From a virus (taxonomy: Duplodnaviria; Heunggongvirae; Uroviricota; Caudoviricetes), in IMG/VR virus record IMGVR_UViG_3300043568_002650, positions 512 to 64,511 of that record: a stretch of 64,000 nt of DNA; one strand, written 5' to 3'. The translations under genes were made by a program, and so were the position numbers. The notes beneath the pieces are model-generated. The model was not told where the DNA came from, ran no database searches, and saw nothing but the letters and a program-made list of their open reading frames with translations. This document shows positions 44,727 to 54,827 of the stretch, one piece after another (the stretch's first letter is position 1; every line of letters begins with the position of its first letter).

Positions 44727-45022
44727 TGAAGAAACCTTTTAGAGAATGGGCACGCGATCTAGAAGTGGAGATAATATTGGACCGTGATGGAATCAATTTC
44801 TTCCAATGGACTCTCGAAGACGAGTACGAGTCTAGACTGAGTGAAGCTCTGGAATATTTCAGTCAGCGCCCCGACTACTTGAGACAAGAGTGTCAGGAAC
44901 ATCTAATCGAATTAGACCACTTAGAGACTCGCTTTGTCGAGATCGAAGAGTACGAGAAATGTGCCGCCATCCGAGACTTACGTATCGATCTCCAATCTAG
45001 ATATAAGGAATTCTTGGATTAG
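44723..45022 (+). CDS. UVR-motif protein
   Basis: FVEIEEYEKCAAIRDL. Confidence 0.65.
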   Translation: MMKKPFREWARDLEVEIILDRDGINFFQWTLEDEYESRLSEALEYFSQRPDYLRQECQEHLIELDHLETRFVEIEEYEKCAAIRDLRIDLQSRYKEFLD

Positions 45023-45138
45023 CAAGTATCCAAACGTCTCTTGACAAATCTGAAATTATTTAGAAAAAAAGTGTTAAAAAGTTTTTCCCGTTAAAATAAA
45101 ATAGTTATATTTACTTATAACTTAAAAACAAGCACAAC

Positions 45139-45360
45139 ATGAAAAACAAACTAGATATTAAAAGTGATGCTGCTGACATAGTAGAGATGACTCGACCTTA
45201 TCTTGAGATCCCTACCAGCATGATTATAACTATTAAAAAGAATCTTAACTCACTTCTTAAAGAGGAGGCAGAGGGCGACCCAATGGCGATCGCTGCTATT
45301 CGTGCCGCATGGCATATGGAGATATTTGATGCGGATGTTGAACTTGTAAAAAGAAATTAA
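45139..45360 (+). CDS. early hypothetical protein
   Basis: ATG after promoter. Confidence 0.7.
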   Translation: MKNKLDIKSDAADIVEMTRPYLEIPTSMIITIKKNLNSLLKEEAEGDPMAIAAIRAAWHMEIFDADVELVKRN

Positions 45361-45452
45361 GATGTATAGAAGAAAAAGAGCAATACTGAAGGACTACGTC
45401 TCCTTAATTGTAAAGAGACGTGCACAGTACAGAACAATCCAGACTGTTAACA

Positions 45453-45614
45453 ATGAAGAAGGTTGTTAGAGACCCGCACAAGATCAGGCTCACAGCTAGT
45501 CGCGAGTCGCAGAAGAGTCAAGGATTCTTCGATGGTAGATTCGTAGCGAGAGCAGAGGAGTCGAAGAAGAGTTATAAACGTAAACCCAAACACCCAAACG
45601 GAGATGAGGACTAA
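45453..45614 (+). CDS. small basic protein, ArfA-like C-terminus
   Basis: GRFVARAEESKKSYKRKPKH. Confidence 0.5.
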   Translation: MKKVVRDPHKIRLTASRESQKSQGFFDGRFVARAEESKKSYKRKPKHPNGDED

Positions 45615-45834
45615 AGAGTTATTTGCAGAAGACCTAGGTAATGGTAAGACGAGAGTATTTGGACCGTGTGTCTTTACTGGAGAAGAATACAGTTGTGAAG
45701 TACCTACGCAAGGTCTCGAGAGACACCTAGCAGGGGAGCATGCACAGACCGCAATGCCGTCGGTTAGCGCCGATGACAGAGAGTTCCTGATCTCGGGAAT
45801 CTCGCCAGCTGGCTGGAAAAAAACTTTCGGCTAG
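45604..45834 (+). CDS. early hypothetical protein
   Basis: C..TG...C; SADDREFLISGISP..W. Confidence 0.7.
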   Translation: MRTKELFAEDLGNGKTRVFGPCVFTGEEYSCEVPTQGLERHLAGEHAQTAMPSVSADDREFLISGISPAGWKKTFG

Positions 45835-46010
45835 TCAAGTTTTTAAGTTATCGAAGAAGGGGAGCTCGCAAGGCTCCCTTTCCGGTTTACTCCGTAGTGG
45901 CTATTTTAGATCAAGACCCGATCAAGGTGTCTCTAGTCTTTTATTACCCAGTATTCTACCAGTGTATAATAAAAATTATTATATTTACTTATAACTTAAA
46001 ACTAAAGAGT

Positions 46011-46166
46011 ATGACAAAAGGATTTAAAGAGTTACTAAAATTAGCTAAGTCTGCAAAGGTAACAACGTATGATGAATTACAAAACTTGGTCTATGAGTGT
46101 ACCAACGAGATTACTGGAGCCGATTTCGAATGCGTTAGGCAACAGTTAAAGATTAGAATGTTTTAG
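46011..46166 (+). CDS. early hypothetical protein
   Basis: ATG after promoter. Confidence 0.65.
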   Translation: MTKGFKELLKLAKSAKVTTYDELQNLVYECTNEITGADFECVRQQLKIRMF

Positions 46167-46385
46167 ATAATCTTTAAACCCGAGCAATCGGGTTTTTTCA
46201 TGCAGCTTGCTCGCGGGTCTCTGGGAATTCTTAGAGACGAGCCTGATCGGGCAGATGTCTTAGGGGTCCGCGAGTTGTTAACGTCGGCTGGCAACTAAAT
46301 TAGTCTCTTGCTATTTAATTACCCAATCCCTACCAACGTATATAAGAAATTATTATATTTACTATATAACTTAATCCACTAGACC

Positions 46386-46691
46386 ATGACAAAGAAGATA
46401 AACTGCACAGACGTGTATCAAGCTATTCAGGACTTTCTCGGCGGAGAGAACGGTAGTCCACTAATGAACGAACCTTATCGTGACTCGGACGGAGACATAG
46501 TATTTGCAGATTACAATGGAGTAGAGTTTTACGAGCACGCTCTACTTGATTGGTATCGTTCTCTAGTTGAGGATAAGCTTATTGCTGACTCTTTGGAGAC
46601 AGCCGGTGTCAGCATTGAATTGGTTGACGATTATGATTGGCTGGAATCAGACGACCAATTGGATGACGATGAGGATGAAGAAGATTATTAA
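46386..46691 (+). CDS. early highly acidic protein
   Basis: D/E-rich tail. Confidence 0.7.
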   Translation: MTKKINCTDVYQAIQDFLGGENGSPLMNEPYRDSDGDIVFADYNGVEFYEHALLDWYRSLVEDKLIADSLETAGVSIELVDDYDWLESDDQLDDDEDEEDY

Positions 46692-46861
46692 AGTATTGTT
46701 TTAAGTTAAGAATCAGCTCGAGTAATCGGGCTTTTTCTTTTTTGGTTGGATTAGGATCAGGCTGGCGAGTCTCTAGACTTTTATGTAAAAATAGTTACTC
46801 AAGAAGTGTACTAATTAATAAATTATAGTTATATTTACTATATAACTTAAAAACAAAAAGG

Positions 46862-47017
46862 ATGTACAGTTTAAAATGTGATTACTACACAAAGGAGTTC
46901 CCAACGCTAGAGGAGCTCATCGATGATGTTATGGCCAGCGGAATGGACCCCAACCATGAGGTGACAAGAGACGGTCGAGGTACTGGCGAAGATGCCATTG
47001 ATTTTATCATGTTCTAA
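46862..47017 (+). CDS. early small protein (51 aa)
   Basis: ATG after promoter. Confidence 0.65.
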   Translation: MYSLKCDYYTKEFPTLEELIDDVMASGMDPNHEVTRDGRGTGEDAIDFIMF

Positions 47018-47019
47018 TT

Positions 47020-47220
47020 ATGGAGACGTCACTACTTAGCATGTTCCACGAGTTGAATTCATTCGTGCCATGCGCTCAGTACTTCAAATCGGCCAGCGAC
47101 TCTGGAATCACGGTCAGTAATAATAGAAAATTCGCAGGTCTCGTAAGGGAGTGGTCCGCTGGAGACTACGACGAGTGTCCAGACTTGCTAGTACAGAGAT
47201 TAACCAACTTAATCCATTAA
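47020..47220 (+). CDS. early hypothetical protein
   Basis: ORF in operon. Confidence 0.65.
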   Translation: METSLLSMFHELNSFVPCAQYFKSASDSGITVSNNRKFAGLVREWSAGDYDECPDLLVQRLTNLIH

Positions 47221-47223
47221 GCC

Positions 47224-47400
47224 ATGTCAACAAGTGTAAAGTTAATTAGAGGAAATGCAATAGAGATTGAGGTAGGAACCCGTGTAGAGTTCACAGTCGG
47301 CGACGAAGTATTAAGTGATACTATAACCTTTATTGGAGACGACACAATAGAAGGCGAGAAGTTTGACCTAACCCATACTCGATTCCGAGTAGTAGAGTAA
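47224..47400 (+). CDS. early small protein (58 aa)
   Basis: ORF in operon. Confidence 0.6.
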   Translation: MSTSVKLIRGNAIEIEVGTRVEFTVGDEVLSDTITFIGDDTIEGEKFDLTHTRFRVVE

Positions 47401-47620
47401 CAAAGAGCAGCCTAAGCGAGTGTCTCGGCCGGGTAAAGGTGCCGCCGCCAAGAAAGAGACAGGACAGGGGTCAGCGAGAGCTGGCCCTTTCCGGTTTACT
47501 CCGTAGTAACCGTTTTAGATCAAGGCTGGATCCGAGTGTCTCTAGACTTTTATTTCTGCAGGATTTTTTTATTTAAAAGATTATAGTTATATTTACTATA
47601 TAACTTAAAAACAAAAAGAA

Positions 47621-48034
47621 ATGAAAGCAGGAAAGTATTTTATTGGTGACCTATGCTATGTATTAGGAGACCGTTGGGATGAGGTATGCAGCCTCATTAT
47701 TATTGACCATAGTTGTTTGGACGGAGAGTTCGAGCTTAGTGATGGGACCAAATTTGCGATCTATGGCACCGCACATGGAGATGGCGTATATCCTGATCAG
47801 AGAGGCAATGGGTATCCAGTAGATTCGGGTTCGATTGGTTGTGTACTAGTTGATGATATAACAGAGGGAGAATTGGATGAATCCCTAGGAAATATCCATG
47901 ATTTTGAGGAGGACTTTAAGACCGGTGAGGAGAATGGAATAATTAGGATCGGTGATGTTGATATCGATACTCGAGGAGAGTGTGATGACGAGGACCTAGA
48001 TGAATATTTTGAGGACGAAGATGAAGATTACTAG
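47621..48034 (+). CDS. early acidic protein
   Basis: YFIGDLCYVL...TAHGDGVY..VDSGSIG. Confidence 0.75.
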   Translation: MKAGKYFIGDLCYVLGDRWDEVCSLIIIDHSCLDGEFELSDGTKFAIYGTAHGDGVYPDQRGNGYPVDSGSIGCVLVDDITEGELDESLGNIHDFEEDFKTGEENGIIRIGDVDIDTRGECDDEDLDEYFEDEDEDY

Positions 48035-48190
48035 AGTATTGTTTTAAGTTAAGGGTTGGCTCGAGTGATCGGGCCTTTTCTTTGTTTAATCCACGAGTGT
48101 CTCTAGACTTTTGTGCCCAAAAGTTTCTGCAAGATTTTTTTATTTAAAAGATTATTGTTATATTTACTATATAACTTAATAACATAACCT

Positions 48191-48427
48191 ATGTCAGTAG
48201 CAAAAAACAAAGAAGAATGGTGGAGCCTAGTAAGAAGGGACCTCGCTAAGTGGAATGCAGAGAACCATCCAGAAGATCGCATGGGTATTCAAGACTGGAT
48301 CGGCGAAGTTGGACCTAAGATTCATGGATGGATCGCTTTCAGAGATGATGATGGCGATTGGGATGCTTCGTTGAGCGGATTTCCAGAGTACGACGATGAG
48401 GACGAGGATGATGATTACAATTACTAA
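48191..48427 (+). CDS. early acidic protein
   Basis: ATG after promoter. Confidence 0.7.
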   Translation: MSVAKNKEEWWSLVRRDLAKWNAENHPEDRMGIQDWIGEVGPKIHGWIAFRDDDGDWDASLSGFPEYDDEDEDDDYNY

Positions 48428-48438
48428 AAAATAAGAGT

Positions 48439-48660
48439 ATGAAAGTATATCAATTACAGCTATGGGCAACTATCTCATACACACCAGGAGGAGTGTGTCT
48501 AGAGGTAGGTAAGACTTTTGCCAACCGGGAAGATGCCGACAAGGAACTCGATAAGCTCAATAAGAAACTATCCAGAGAATACGACGAGGACGAGGAATTC
48601 CGAGGATTCGAATTGGATTGCGAACCGAACTGGTATATTGAAGAAATAAAAATAAAGTAG
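48439..48660 (+). CDS. early hypothetical protein
   Basis: ORF in operon. Confidence 0.7.
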   Translation: MKVYQLQLWATISYTPGGVCLEVGKTFANREDADKELDKLNKKLSREYDEDEEFRGFELDCEPNWYIEEIKIK

Positions 48661-48771
48661 CCAAGCCCGCGGCCCGCGTCTCTTGTAAAACTTTCAAAAA
48701 AGTTTCCGCAGAATTGTCAAGATTAAAAGATTATGGTTATATTTACTATATAACTTAAAAACATAAAGAGT

Positions 48772-49017
48772 ATGGTATTAGAACCAATTGCACCAGAAAC
48801 GTTACGCGCTCGCCTAAGAGAGGGAGTCGTACAGTTCGCTTTCAAGAAAGTGGACGGAACATTGAGAACCGCTGTAGGCACCACAAACCTTGCCACGATT
48901 CCTGTAGAGAATCATCCAAAGGGCACAGGAACACCTTCCGACAAGTCGGTAAGATTCTTCGACGTGGAGAAGAGAGAGTGGAGAAGTGTGAGTATCCTAC
49001 GTGAAATCTATCTATAA
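48772..49017 (+). CDS. SH3-like beta-barrel (WYL_2/DUF2693-like) protein
   Basis: LREGVVQFAFKKVDGTLRTAVGTTN...FFDVEKREWRS. Confidence 0.75.
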   Translation: MVLEPIAPETLRARLREGVVQFAFKKVDGTLRTAVGTTNLATIPVENHPKGTGTPSDKSVRFFDVEKREWRSVSILREIYL

Positions 49018-49018
49018 G

Positions 49019-49234
49019 ATGAGCACACTAAAGGTAGGAGACACAGTAATGTGGCGTGGCGGATTCGGGAGTGAACCGCCGCGCAAAGCAAAAGTGATTG
49101 GACTAGAGGTATGCCCAGCCGGAGAAAAGTATGGGGAGAGCAGAGACCATGTTGAGTGGAGCAAGATTCACTCCGTAGTGGTAGACCTCGATAATGGTCA
49201 CTGGGCGAAGGGTCATCAAATCTCTCCGCTATGA
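49019..49234 (+). CDS. early hypothetical protein
   Basis: LKVGDTVMWRGGFG. Confidence 0.7.
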   Translation: MSTLKVGDTVMWRGGFGSEPPRKAKVIGLEVCPAGEKYGESRDHVEWSKIHSVVVDLDNGHWAKGHQISPL

Positions 49235-49392
49235 GTATCCTAAGGTTTACAGATGGTGAGAGCTTTGATACTTCAGGGCCCATCAGAAAGGAGGAACGTT
49301 ACGATGGATGGTACGTATTAGGAGACGGGAAGATGATTCCTGTAAGGGACGAGGAAGAAGCAGATAAGGTAATCGAGAGATTAACTAGATAG
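49231..49392 (+). CDS. early small protein (53 aa)
   Basis: ATGA overlap with upstream stop. Confidence 0.6.
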   Translation: MSILRFTDGESFDTSGPIRKEERYDGWYVLGDGKMIPVRDEEEADKVIERLTR

Positions 49393-49770
49393 GAAGTTGT
49401 TTTAAGTTAGGGAGACGATGGGTCAGCGAGAGCTGGCCCTTTGTTGTTCCTATAGGTTTACTCCGTAGTCCGGTTACCCTGCCCGTTGAGACCGGTAGAG
49501 ACCCTCGCTGCCATGGGTGTCGGAGCCCAATCTTAAATCCTACCTTTTTTGAATCACGACCAGTCTAAAGAGTCTCTACAACTATTTTTTCTACACGAGT
49601 GTCAAGTGTCAATTATTATAGTTATATTTACTATAGGGCGTCGTCCTGGAAAAGTACGCAAAATAAGTTAGGCTAAAAATAAAAAGTAGTCTCTGCAACT
49701 ATTTTTTCTACATGATTGTCAAGTGTCAATTATTATAGTTATATTTACTTATAACTTAAAAACAAAAGAG

Positions 49771-50070
49771 ATGAAAACTGTAGTAGAATTAATTATCCCA
49801 ATTGAATCTCAAAATCGTCACACGGGATATGATGAACCTCGTAAAGCAGAATACTTGGCATGTGATATTCAGTCGATGTTCGGAATCAAGCCGACATGCC
49901 TCTTCTTTACTGGAGAACTTAGGATTCAATTTGACCTTAACCAGTTCGAAAAAATTAAATGGTTTCATGGACGCAAGTGGAGGTCTAACGTCACTCACGA
50001 AGTAAAGAGACACGGTAAGATGAATGGATACTCTCCTAACTTAAGAGGCATGAAAATAATTGAAATTTAA
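49771..50070 (+). CDS. early hypothetical protein
   Basis: ATG after promoter. Confidence 0.7.
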   Translation: MKTVVELIIPIESQNRHTGYDEPRKAEYLACDIQSMFGIKPTCLFFTGELRIQFDLNQFEKIKWFHGRKWRSNVTHEVKRHGKMNGYSPNLRGMKIIEI

Positions 50071-50082
50071 TAAGATATAACT

Positions 50083-50382
50083 ATGGAGTGTTGGATAGAA
50101 AGAGGAGACCTTGTATCCTGGATGGATGCACGTAGGATTCAAACAAGAGTGGTCTCTCGAGACGCAGTTGATGGAGACCTGAATCAACAGACTGGCGAGT
50201 GGTTAGTGGTAAAGAGTGACGGAAGAGTCCAGTCCCTTGATGGGCGACTCTGTATTGTAATAAGAGTATTCTCTCACAGTGGACTCCGCGCTCGCTGGAT
50301 TGGAGACCAGGTGCAGGTGCAAGAAAGGGATGGGCGGACCAGAATTTACGATTCCCGCGGATTCTTGCAAAGAGTCTGCTAG
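50083..50382 (+). CDS. early hypothetical protein
   Basis: 99 aa ORF, GAGAC-rich. Confidence 0.5.
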   Translation: MECWIERGDLVSWMDARRIQTRVVSRDAVDGDLNQQTGEWLVVKSDGRVQSLDGRLCIVIRVFSHSGLRARWIGDQVQVQERDGRTRIYDSRGFLQRVC

Positions 50383-50470
50383 GCCGTGTCTCCATACTTT
50401 TATTACCCAATAATTGTCAAGTGTCAATTATTATAGTTATATTTACTTATAACCTAAAAACCTAAACACC

Positions 50471-50680
50471 ATGACAAAAATCAAGTATGACCTTAGCGTG
50501 GACAATCGCTACTTACGAAGAGTAAAAAGTTCCCTTAAAAACGATGAAATAAAGATCCTTGAGAAACACGATCTTCCGGATTGTGGGACCTTGCTCGTTA
50601 TCGAAGGGCCCATTGAAGATATCAAGCATTGGTGTCTATGGAACGAGTTTGACTTTAGTGAAACTAACATTATTCAATAG
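50471..50680 (+). CDS. early hypothetical protein
   Basis: ATG after promoter. Confidence 0.7.
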   Translation: MTKIKYDLSVDNRYLRRVKSSLKNDEIKILEKHDLPDCGTLLVIEGPIEDIKHWCLWNEFDFSETNIIQ

Positions 50681-50685
50681 TGATT

Positions 50686-50928
50686 ATGAAACTAAAGGAA
50701 TTAAAGAAGGAAAATCTCACTGCACACGATGCTTTGATAGAGATGTGGAGCGAGCTCTCACTGTGTTCGCTAGCGACCGCTCGACGATACTTGGTAGCGG
50801 ACATAGGAGACCGCTACCGTTTGGAAAAGACCCTCGATGGTGTCTTTATATTTCATGACTCGGAAGCAGGAGATACGTGGAAGTATTCCGAGAAATTAAA
50901 TGGCTGGACCTGGTTGATAAGCTTTTAA
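50686..50928 (+). CDS. early hypothetical protein
   Basis: ORF in operon. Confidence 0.6.
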   Translation: MKLKELKKENLTAHDALIEMWSELSLCSLATARRYLVADIGDRYRLEKTLDGVFIFHDSEAGDTWKYSEKLNGWTWLISF

Positions 50929-51024
50929 AGCAGGTCACCGAGTCTCTTGACTTTCTTTTTGGCAGGATTGTACTTATTCAAAGATTATTGTTATATTTAC
51001 TATATAAACTTAAAAACAAACAAG

Positions 51025-51249
51025 ATGAAAAAATTATTTTGCGCAGTAGTGTCTGACCCAGACGACGTTTATGGATTAGTGAGTCCAATCATTTACCATA
51101 TTAAGGGTAATAACTCGACTCAAGTAGAGGATGCGGTTCGAGAGATGTTGGAAGACGAATATGATTACGAACCGAAATGGATTGAACAATTAGATATTTT
51201 TACGTTTGAGGTGACTGACGTGGAGATTATTGAATTAGATACACTATAA
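51025..51249 (+). CDS. early acidic protein
   Basis: ATG after promoter; terminator 51255. Confidence 0.7.
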   Translation: MKKLFCAVVSDPDDVYGLVSPIIYHIKGNNSTQVEDAVREMLEDEYDYEPKWIEQLDIFTFEVTDVEIIELDTL

Positions 51250-51375
51250 GATTAAACCCGAGAGATCGGGTTTTTTCATGCACTAGATCTAAGTGTCTCT
51301 TGACTTTTGTTACCGGAAAATTGTACTATGTCAATTATTATAGTTATATTTACTTATAACTTAAAAACAAACAGG

Positions 51376-51741
51376 ATGAATTTAAACGTAACATTAATAG
51401 AGCCTCAAAAGAAAGATTATGAAAGAGTAATCAATTTTGATTGGGACACTACATTCGGTAAGGCAAGTTTCTATGGAAGCGGTGCTCCTTTCTCTCATAA
51501 CGCAGAGAAGATGTCTAAGCTCATCAAAGACCCCGTTAAATTAGTACGTAGAGCTAAGGCAGTTGCGGCTGTATGGGGATTGAACGACTATCATGGAGGT
51601 GTAGGCGGTGGTAATTGGAAAGTCGAGAATGTTTGGACTCCATTTGAGAGAGCTCTACGTTCGATGGGATTTACCCATTCCCAAATTGCAGAGATCGGTC
51701 GTCATGATGTTGATCGAGAATTTATAAGAAGTTTACGCTAG
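51376..51741 (+). CDS. early hypothetical protein
   Basis: ATG after promoter. Confidence 0.7.
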   Translation: MNLNVTLIEPQKKDYERVINFDWDTTFGKASFYGSGAPFSHNAEKMSKLIKDPVKLVRRAKAVAAVWGLNDYHGGVGGGNWKVENVWTPFERALRSMGFTHSQIAEIGRHDVDREFIRSLR

Positions 51742-51797
51742 GATTGTCAAGTATCAAGAATTCTTTGTATATTTAACCATAACTTAAAACTAAAAAG

Positions 51798-52112
51798 ATG
51801 CCAGCATTCACAGAAGGACAAGAGGAGAGAATCCAGCAAGCAGTAAGAACACGGGTTGAAGAATATGTGTCACAGGGCAGAGACGTTGCGTTCAGCCTAG
51901 TAGCATCGACCCATGATAACAGTGACCATATCGTTAGGATCGGCACAAGTATCCTATGTACTCGATGGGGAGTCGGTTATCCAGGCGGAAGCTTTGCACA
52001 GGCAATCGTTGATAACAACTTGAGCGAGGCATTTGGCCGAGCAGATAGTATTAATGTAAATGCTATCCGATTTTATGTAACATTATTATACAATCAAAGT
52101 TACGTATCATGA
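51798..52112 (+). CDS. early hypothetical protein
   Basis: PGGSFAQAIVDNNLSEAFGRAD. Confidence 0.7.
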   Translation: MPAFTEGQEERIQQAVRTRVEEYVSQGRDVAFSLVASTHDNSDHIVRIGTSILCTRWGVGYPGGSFAQAIVDNNLSEAFGRADSINVNAIRFYVTLLYNQSYVS

Positions 52113-52360
52113 GAGCACAGCAAATACACGCACTAATTAATATGGGAGCTGGCGATAGAGTTCGTCAGTATCTCAAGAAGCTGAGTCTAAAGGATCGCCT
52201 ACCTGCTCTGCATGACCTTATTCCTTATGTAGACCAGACTCCGGAGAATTTAAAATTCTTTAGAGACCATTTTTCACAGGAGATCGGCGCCCTGATCTCG
52301 GCTAAATACGATTACGTAAAGGCAGAGAAGTTGTATAACACAGCCAAGTTATTAAAATAG
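52109..52360 (+). CDS. early hypothetical protein
   Basis: ATGA overlap. Confidence 0.65.
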   Translation: MRAQQIHALINMGAGDRVRQYLKKLSLKDRLPALHDLIPYVDQTPENLKFFRDHFSQEIGALISAKYDYVKAEKLYNTAKLLK

Positions 52361-52527
52361 TTTACTCCGTAGTAATAAGATGTTTTGTTTTAAGTTGTAT
52401 AGGATTGGGCTGGAGAAATCTAGCCCTTCTTTTTGTCTGTATCCACCGAGTCTCTAGCTATTTTTATTCCACCCGATTTTTTATATTCAAAGATTATTGT
52501 TATATTTACTATATAAACTTAAAGACC

Positions 52528-53094
52528 ATGGGATTAGATATTAGCGCATTGAGTAATATTAAACGTTCTGAAGTACAGGACCCAGAAGATTACGATAGTA
52601 TTCGTATCTGGAAACAGACCAACTTTCCTGACCACTGTGAATTGGAAGAGGGTTCATATGAAGAGACCGCTGACACTCGCGGCCACCAGTTCAGAGCTGG
52701 TTCCTATTCAGGACATAATACATTTAGAAACGTCCTGGCTCTGTGTACTCTTGGAGTAAAGGCTGAGACTGTTTGGGAAGCTGATGATATTTTTATGAGT
52801 CGACCATTCTTTAACCTAATTAATTTCTCAGACTGTGAGGGTATAATTGGACCTGATTATAGTGCTGCACTATTCGAAGACTTTAGAGACAATCGAGAAA
52901 GATTCATACGTAACCTTAAGCAAGAAATAGATTTTACTAAGGAGACCGACGACCCGTTATCACTAGAGCCTGAATTTATCCTTGATGATTTTAACTTGAG
53001 TGATATGGATATCGAATATTATATTGAATTATACGACGATTGGACCTTGGCTTTTGAATTGGCAAAGGATGGTGGAATAGTTCAGTTCCGCTAG
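52528..53094 (+). CDS. early hypothetical protein
   Basis: MGLDI start; FRAGSYSG, LINFSDCEG. Confidence 0.75.
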   Translation: MGLDISALSNIKRSEVQDPEDYDSIRIWKQTNFPDHCELEEGSYEETADTRGHQFRAGSYSGHNTFRNVLALCTLGVKAETVWEADDIFMSRPFFNLINFSDCEGIIGPDYSAALFEDFRDNRERFIRNLKQEIDFTKETDDPLSLEPEFILDDFNLSDMDIEYYIELYDDWTLAFELAKDGGIVQFR

Positions 53095-53195
53095 GCAAGA
53101 CCAGGCTGGCGAGTCTCTTGACTTTCTTCACCCAAGAATTGTTAAGTGTCAAAAATTATAGTTATATTTACTTATAACTTAAAAACATAAAGTAT

Positions 53196-53660
53196 ATGAA
53201 AACAGTACACAGCATTTGGAACGTATTAGACGGAGATGGTCCGCTAAAAGGGGTTAAGACAAGTATCGGTAATAACTGTATCTTATTTGAAGTATCCTGT
53301 GATACAGATGATGGTACATATCCAACAGTCGCTTCCTATACTAGAGATGCGAATGCATTGGACAACGAAGGGGCAAGTCACTTCCTAAATAGATTGACTA
53401 GAAAAAAGGACAAGACTCAACTTGACTATGATGGAGTAAAGATTATCCGAGACTCTAAGTGGGACAGCGAAGCTACACTTGAGTTTAAGGAGCCAATTGA
53501 CGTGGTACTTGGATTTGATGGAGACCGTCCTATGATGGTAAAGGTAAAGAAGATTAGAGGCGAGTTTCATCACGAATTTTTCTGGACCAAGAATGGAAGA
53601 CAGAATAGGATCGCTAATGGTTATGAGATATGGTTTATAATATCTGAATATTCAGCATAA
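53196..53660 (+). CDS. early hypothetical protein
   Basis: ATG after promoter. Confidence 0.7.
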   Translation: MKTVHSIWNVLDGDGPLKGVKTSIGNNCILFEVSCDTDDGTYPTVASYTRDANALDNEGASHFLNRLTRKKDKTQLDYDGVKIIRDSKWDSEATLEFKEPIDVVLGFDGDRPMMVKVKKIRGEFHHEFFWTKNGRQNRIANGYEIWFIISEYSA

Positions 53661-53995
53661 TGGCAAAGGTGAGACTGTTTCATGCGACCTCAGCAAGGAA
53701 TGCGGAGAGCATTAGAGAAAAAGGACTCCTTTCCAAATGGGAAGGAGTATACCTTACTGACTCGGCAGAGAGTGCAGCACGTTGGATAGGTTTTAGATTG
53801 GCTGCGATGGGAGAACCGCAAATGATCGTAGTTGAGGTAGAGGTAGAGGAGAAGGGATTAGTTGAAGGTTGCGATCACAGTCCGCTAATGGTGCAGATAT
53901 TTGGAGTCGGTAAGAGCCTCGTCTCGCCCAAGACGATTCCTCCCAGCAAGATTAAAGGAATAGAGTATTACCAATTAAATGAACCGCATAGCTAG
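53660..53995 (+). CDS. ADP-ribosyltransferase-fold-like protein
   Basis: LFHAT...SIREKGL...GVYLTDS..A..W...IPPSKI. Confidence 0.55.
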   Translation: MAKVRLFHATSARNAESIREKGLLSKWEGVYLTDSAESAARWIGFRLAAMGEPQMIVVEVEVEEKGLVEGCDHSPLMVQIFGVGKSLVSPKTIPPSKIKGIEYYQLNEPHS

Positions 53996-54114
53996 CGGTT
54001 CATTTTTGGATCCTATGCCAAGTGTCTCCAGTCTTTTGTGCGGAAAAGTTTCAATAAGATTGTACTAATTCAAACTTTATAGTTATATTTACTTATAACT
54101 TAAAAACAAACAGG

Positions 54115-54240
54115 ATGGACAAGACAAAAGAAAAACAGGTTAAGAAGCCTAGGTGCCAGCACACAAGAACCTATGTGGCAGTGCGTCACCTATCTGGAAT
54201 ATCCCTAGTTAAATGCAGTGAATGCGGACAAGCGATATGA
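54115..54240 (+). CDS. small Zn-ribbon-like protein (41 aa)
   Basis: C.H...CSEC; ATG after promoter. Confidence 0.55.
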   Translation: MDKTKEKQVKKPRCQHTRTYVAVRHLSGISLVKCSECGQAI

Positions 54241-54491
54241 ATTGGGGACCAATCAAAGACCGAGTAGTAGAAGCCAAGAACGAGAGAGCTCGGTGCTGGA
54301 TTAAGCTGGACAGGGAGGGTAAGGTCGTATCTCTTTACGTAAAGACCAGGCCTGAATCAATCTCAAAGTTCTTTCCCGACGACGCGTTTGAAGAGACACT
54401 GGATGGAGCCAAGCTAAGAGCCGAGATTGAGGTAGAGAGATACTACATGGCTGACGAAATTGCTAAACTTAATAGTAAAAGGAGAGTATAA
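54237..54491 (+). CDS. early hypothetical protein
   Basis: ATGA overlap. Confidence 0.65.
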   Translation: MNWGPIKDRVVEAKNERARCWIKLDREGKVVSLYVKTRPESISKFFPDDAFEETLDGAKLRAEIEVERYYMADEIAKLNSKRRV

Positions 54492-54494
54492 GAT

Positions 54495-54827
54495 ATGATG
54501 AAGTTTATTGAAGAATATGATGAAGTGTCGGGAACAACATTTATCATTCCAGAGTTTGAGATTGAGATTGAGGATGCAACGGATCTTCAAGGATACGTAG
54601 ATTCTAACCGGGATCTAGTCACTAAAGCAATTGCTGCAGCGGCTGACCTGATGGTGGAGTTTGAGCTAGACGAGATTCCGTGCTTTGTAATCAAGAATAT
54701 TAATACTATATTTAAACTAAATAGAGCTGAGGCGGTTTACTCCGTAGACCAGTGTATACAATATTTCTTGGAGATAGAGGACTACGAGAAATGCGCAAGA
54801 TTAACTAACGTAAAATCAAGATTATGA
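54495..54827 (+). CDS. UVR-motif protein
   Basis: YFLEIEDYEKCARL. Confidence 0.65.
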   Translation: MMKFIEEYDEVSGTTFIIPEFEIEIEDATDLQGYVDSNRDLVTKAIAAAADLMVEFELDEIPCFVIKNINTIFKLNRAEAVYSVDQCIQYFLEIEDYEKCARLTNVKSRL

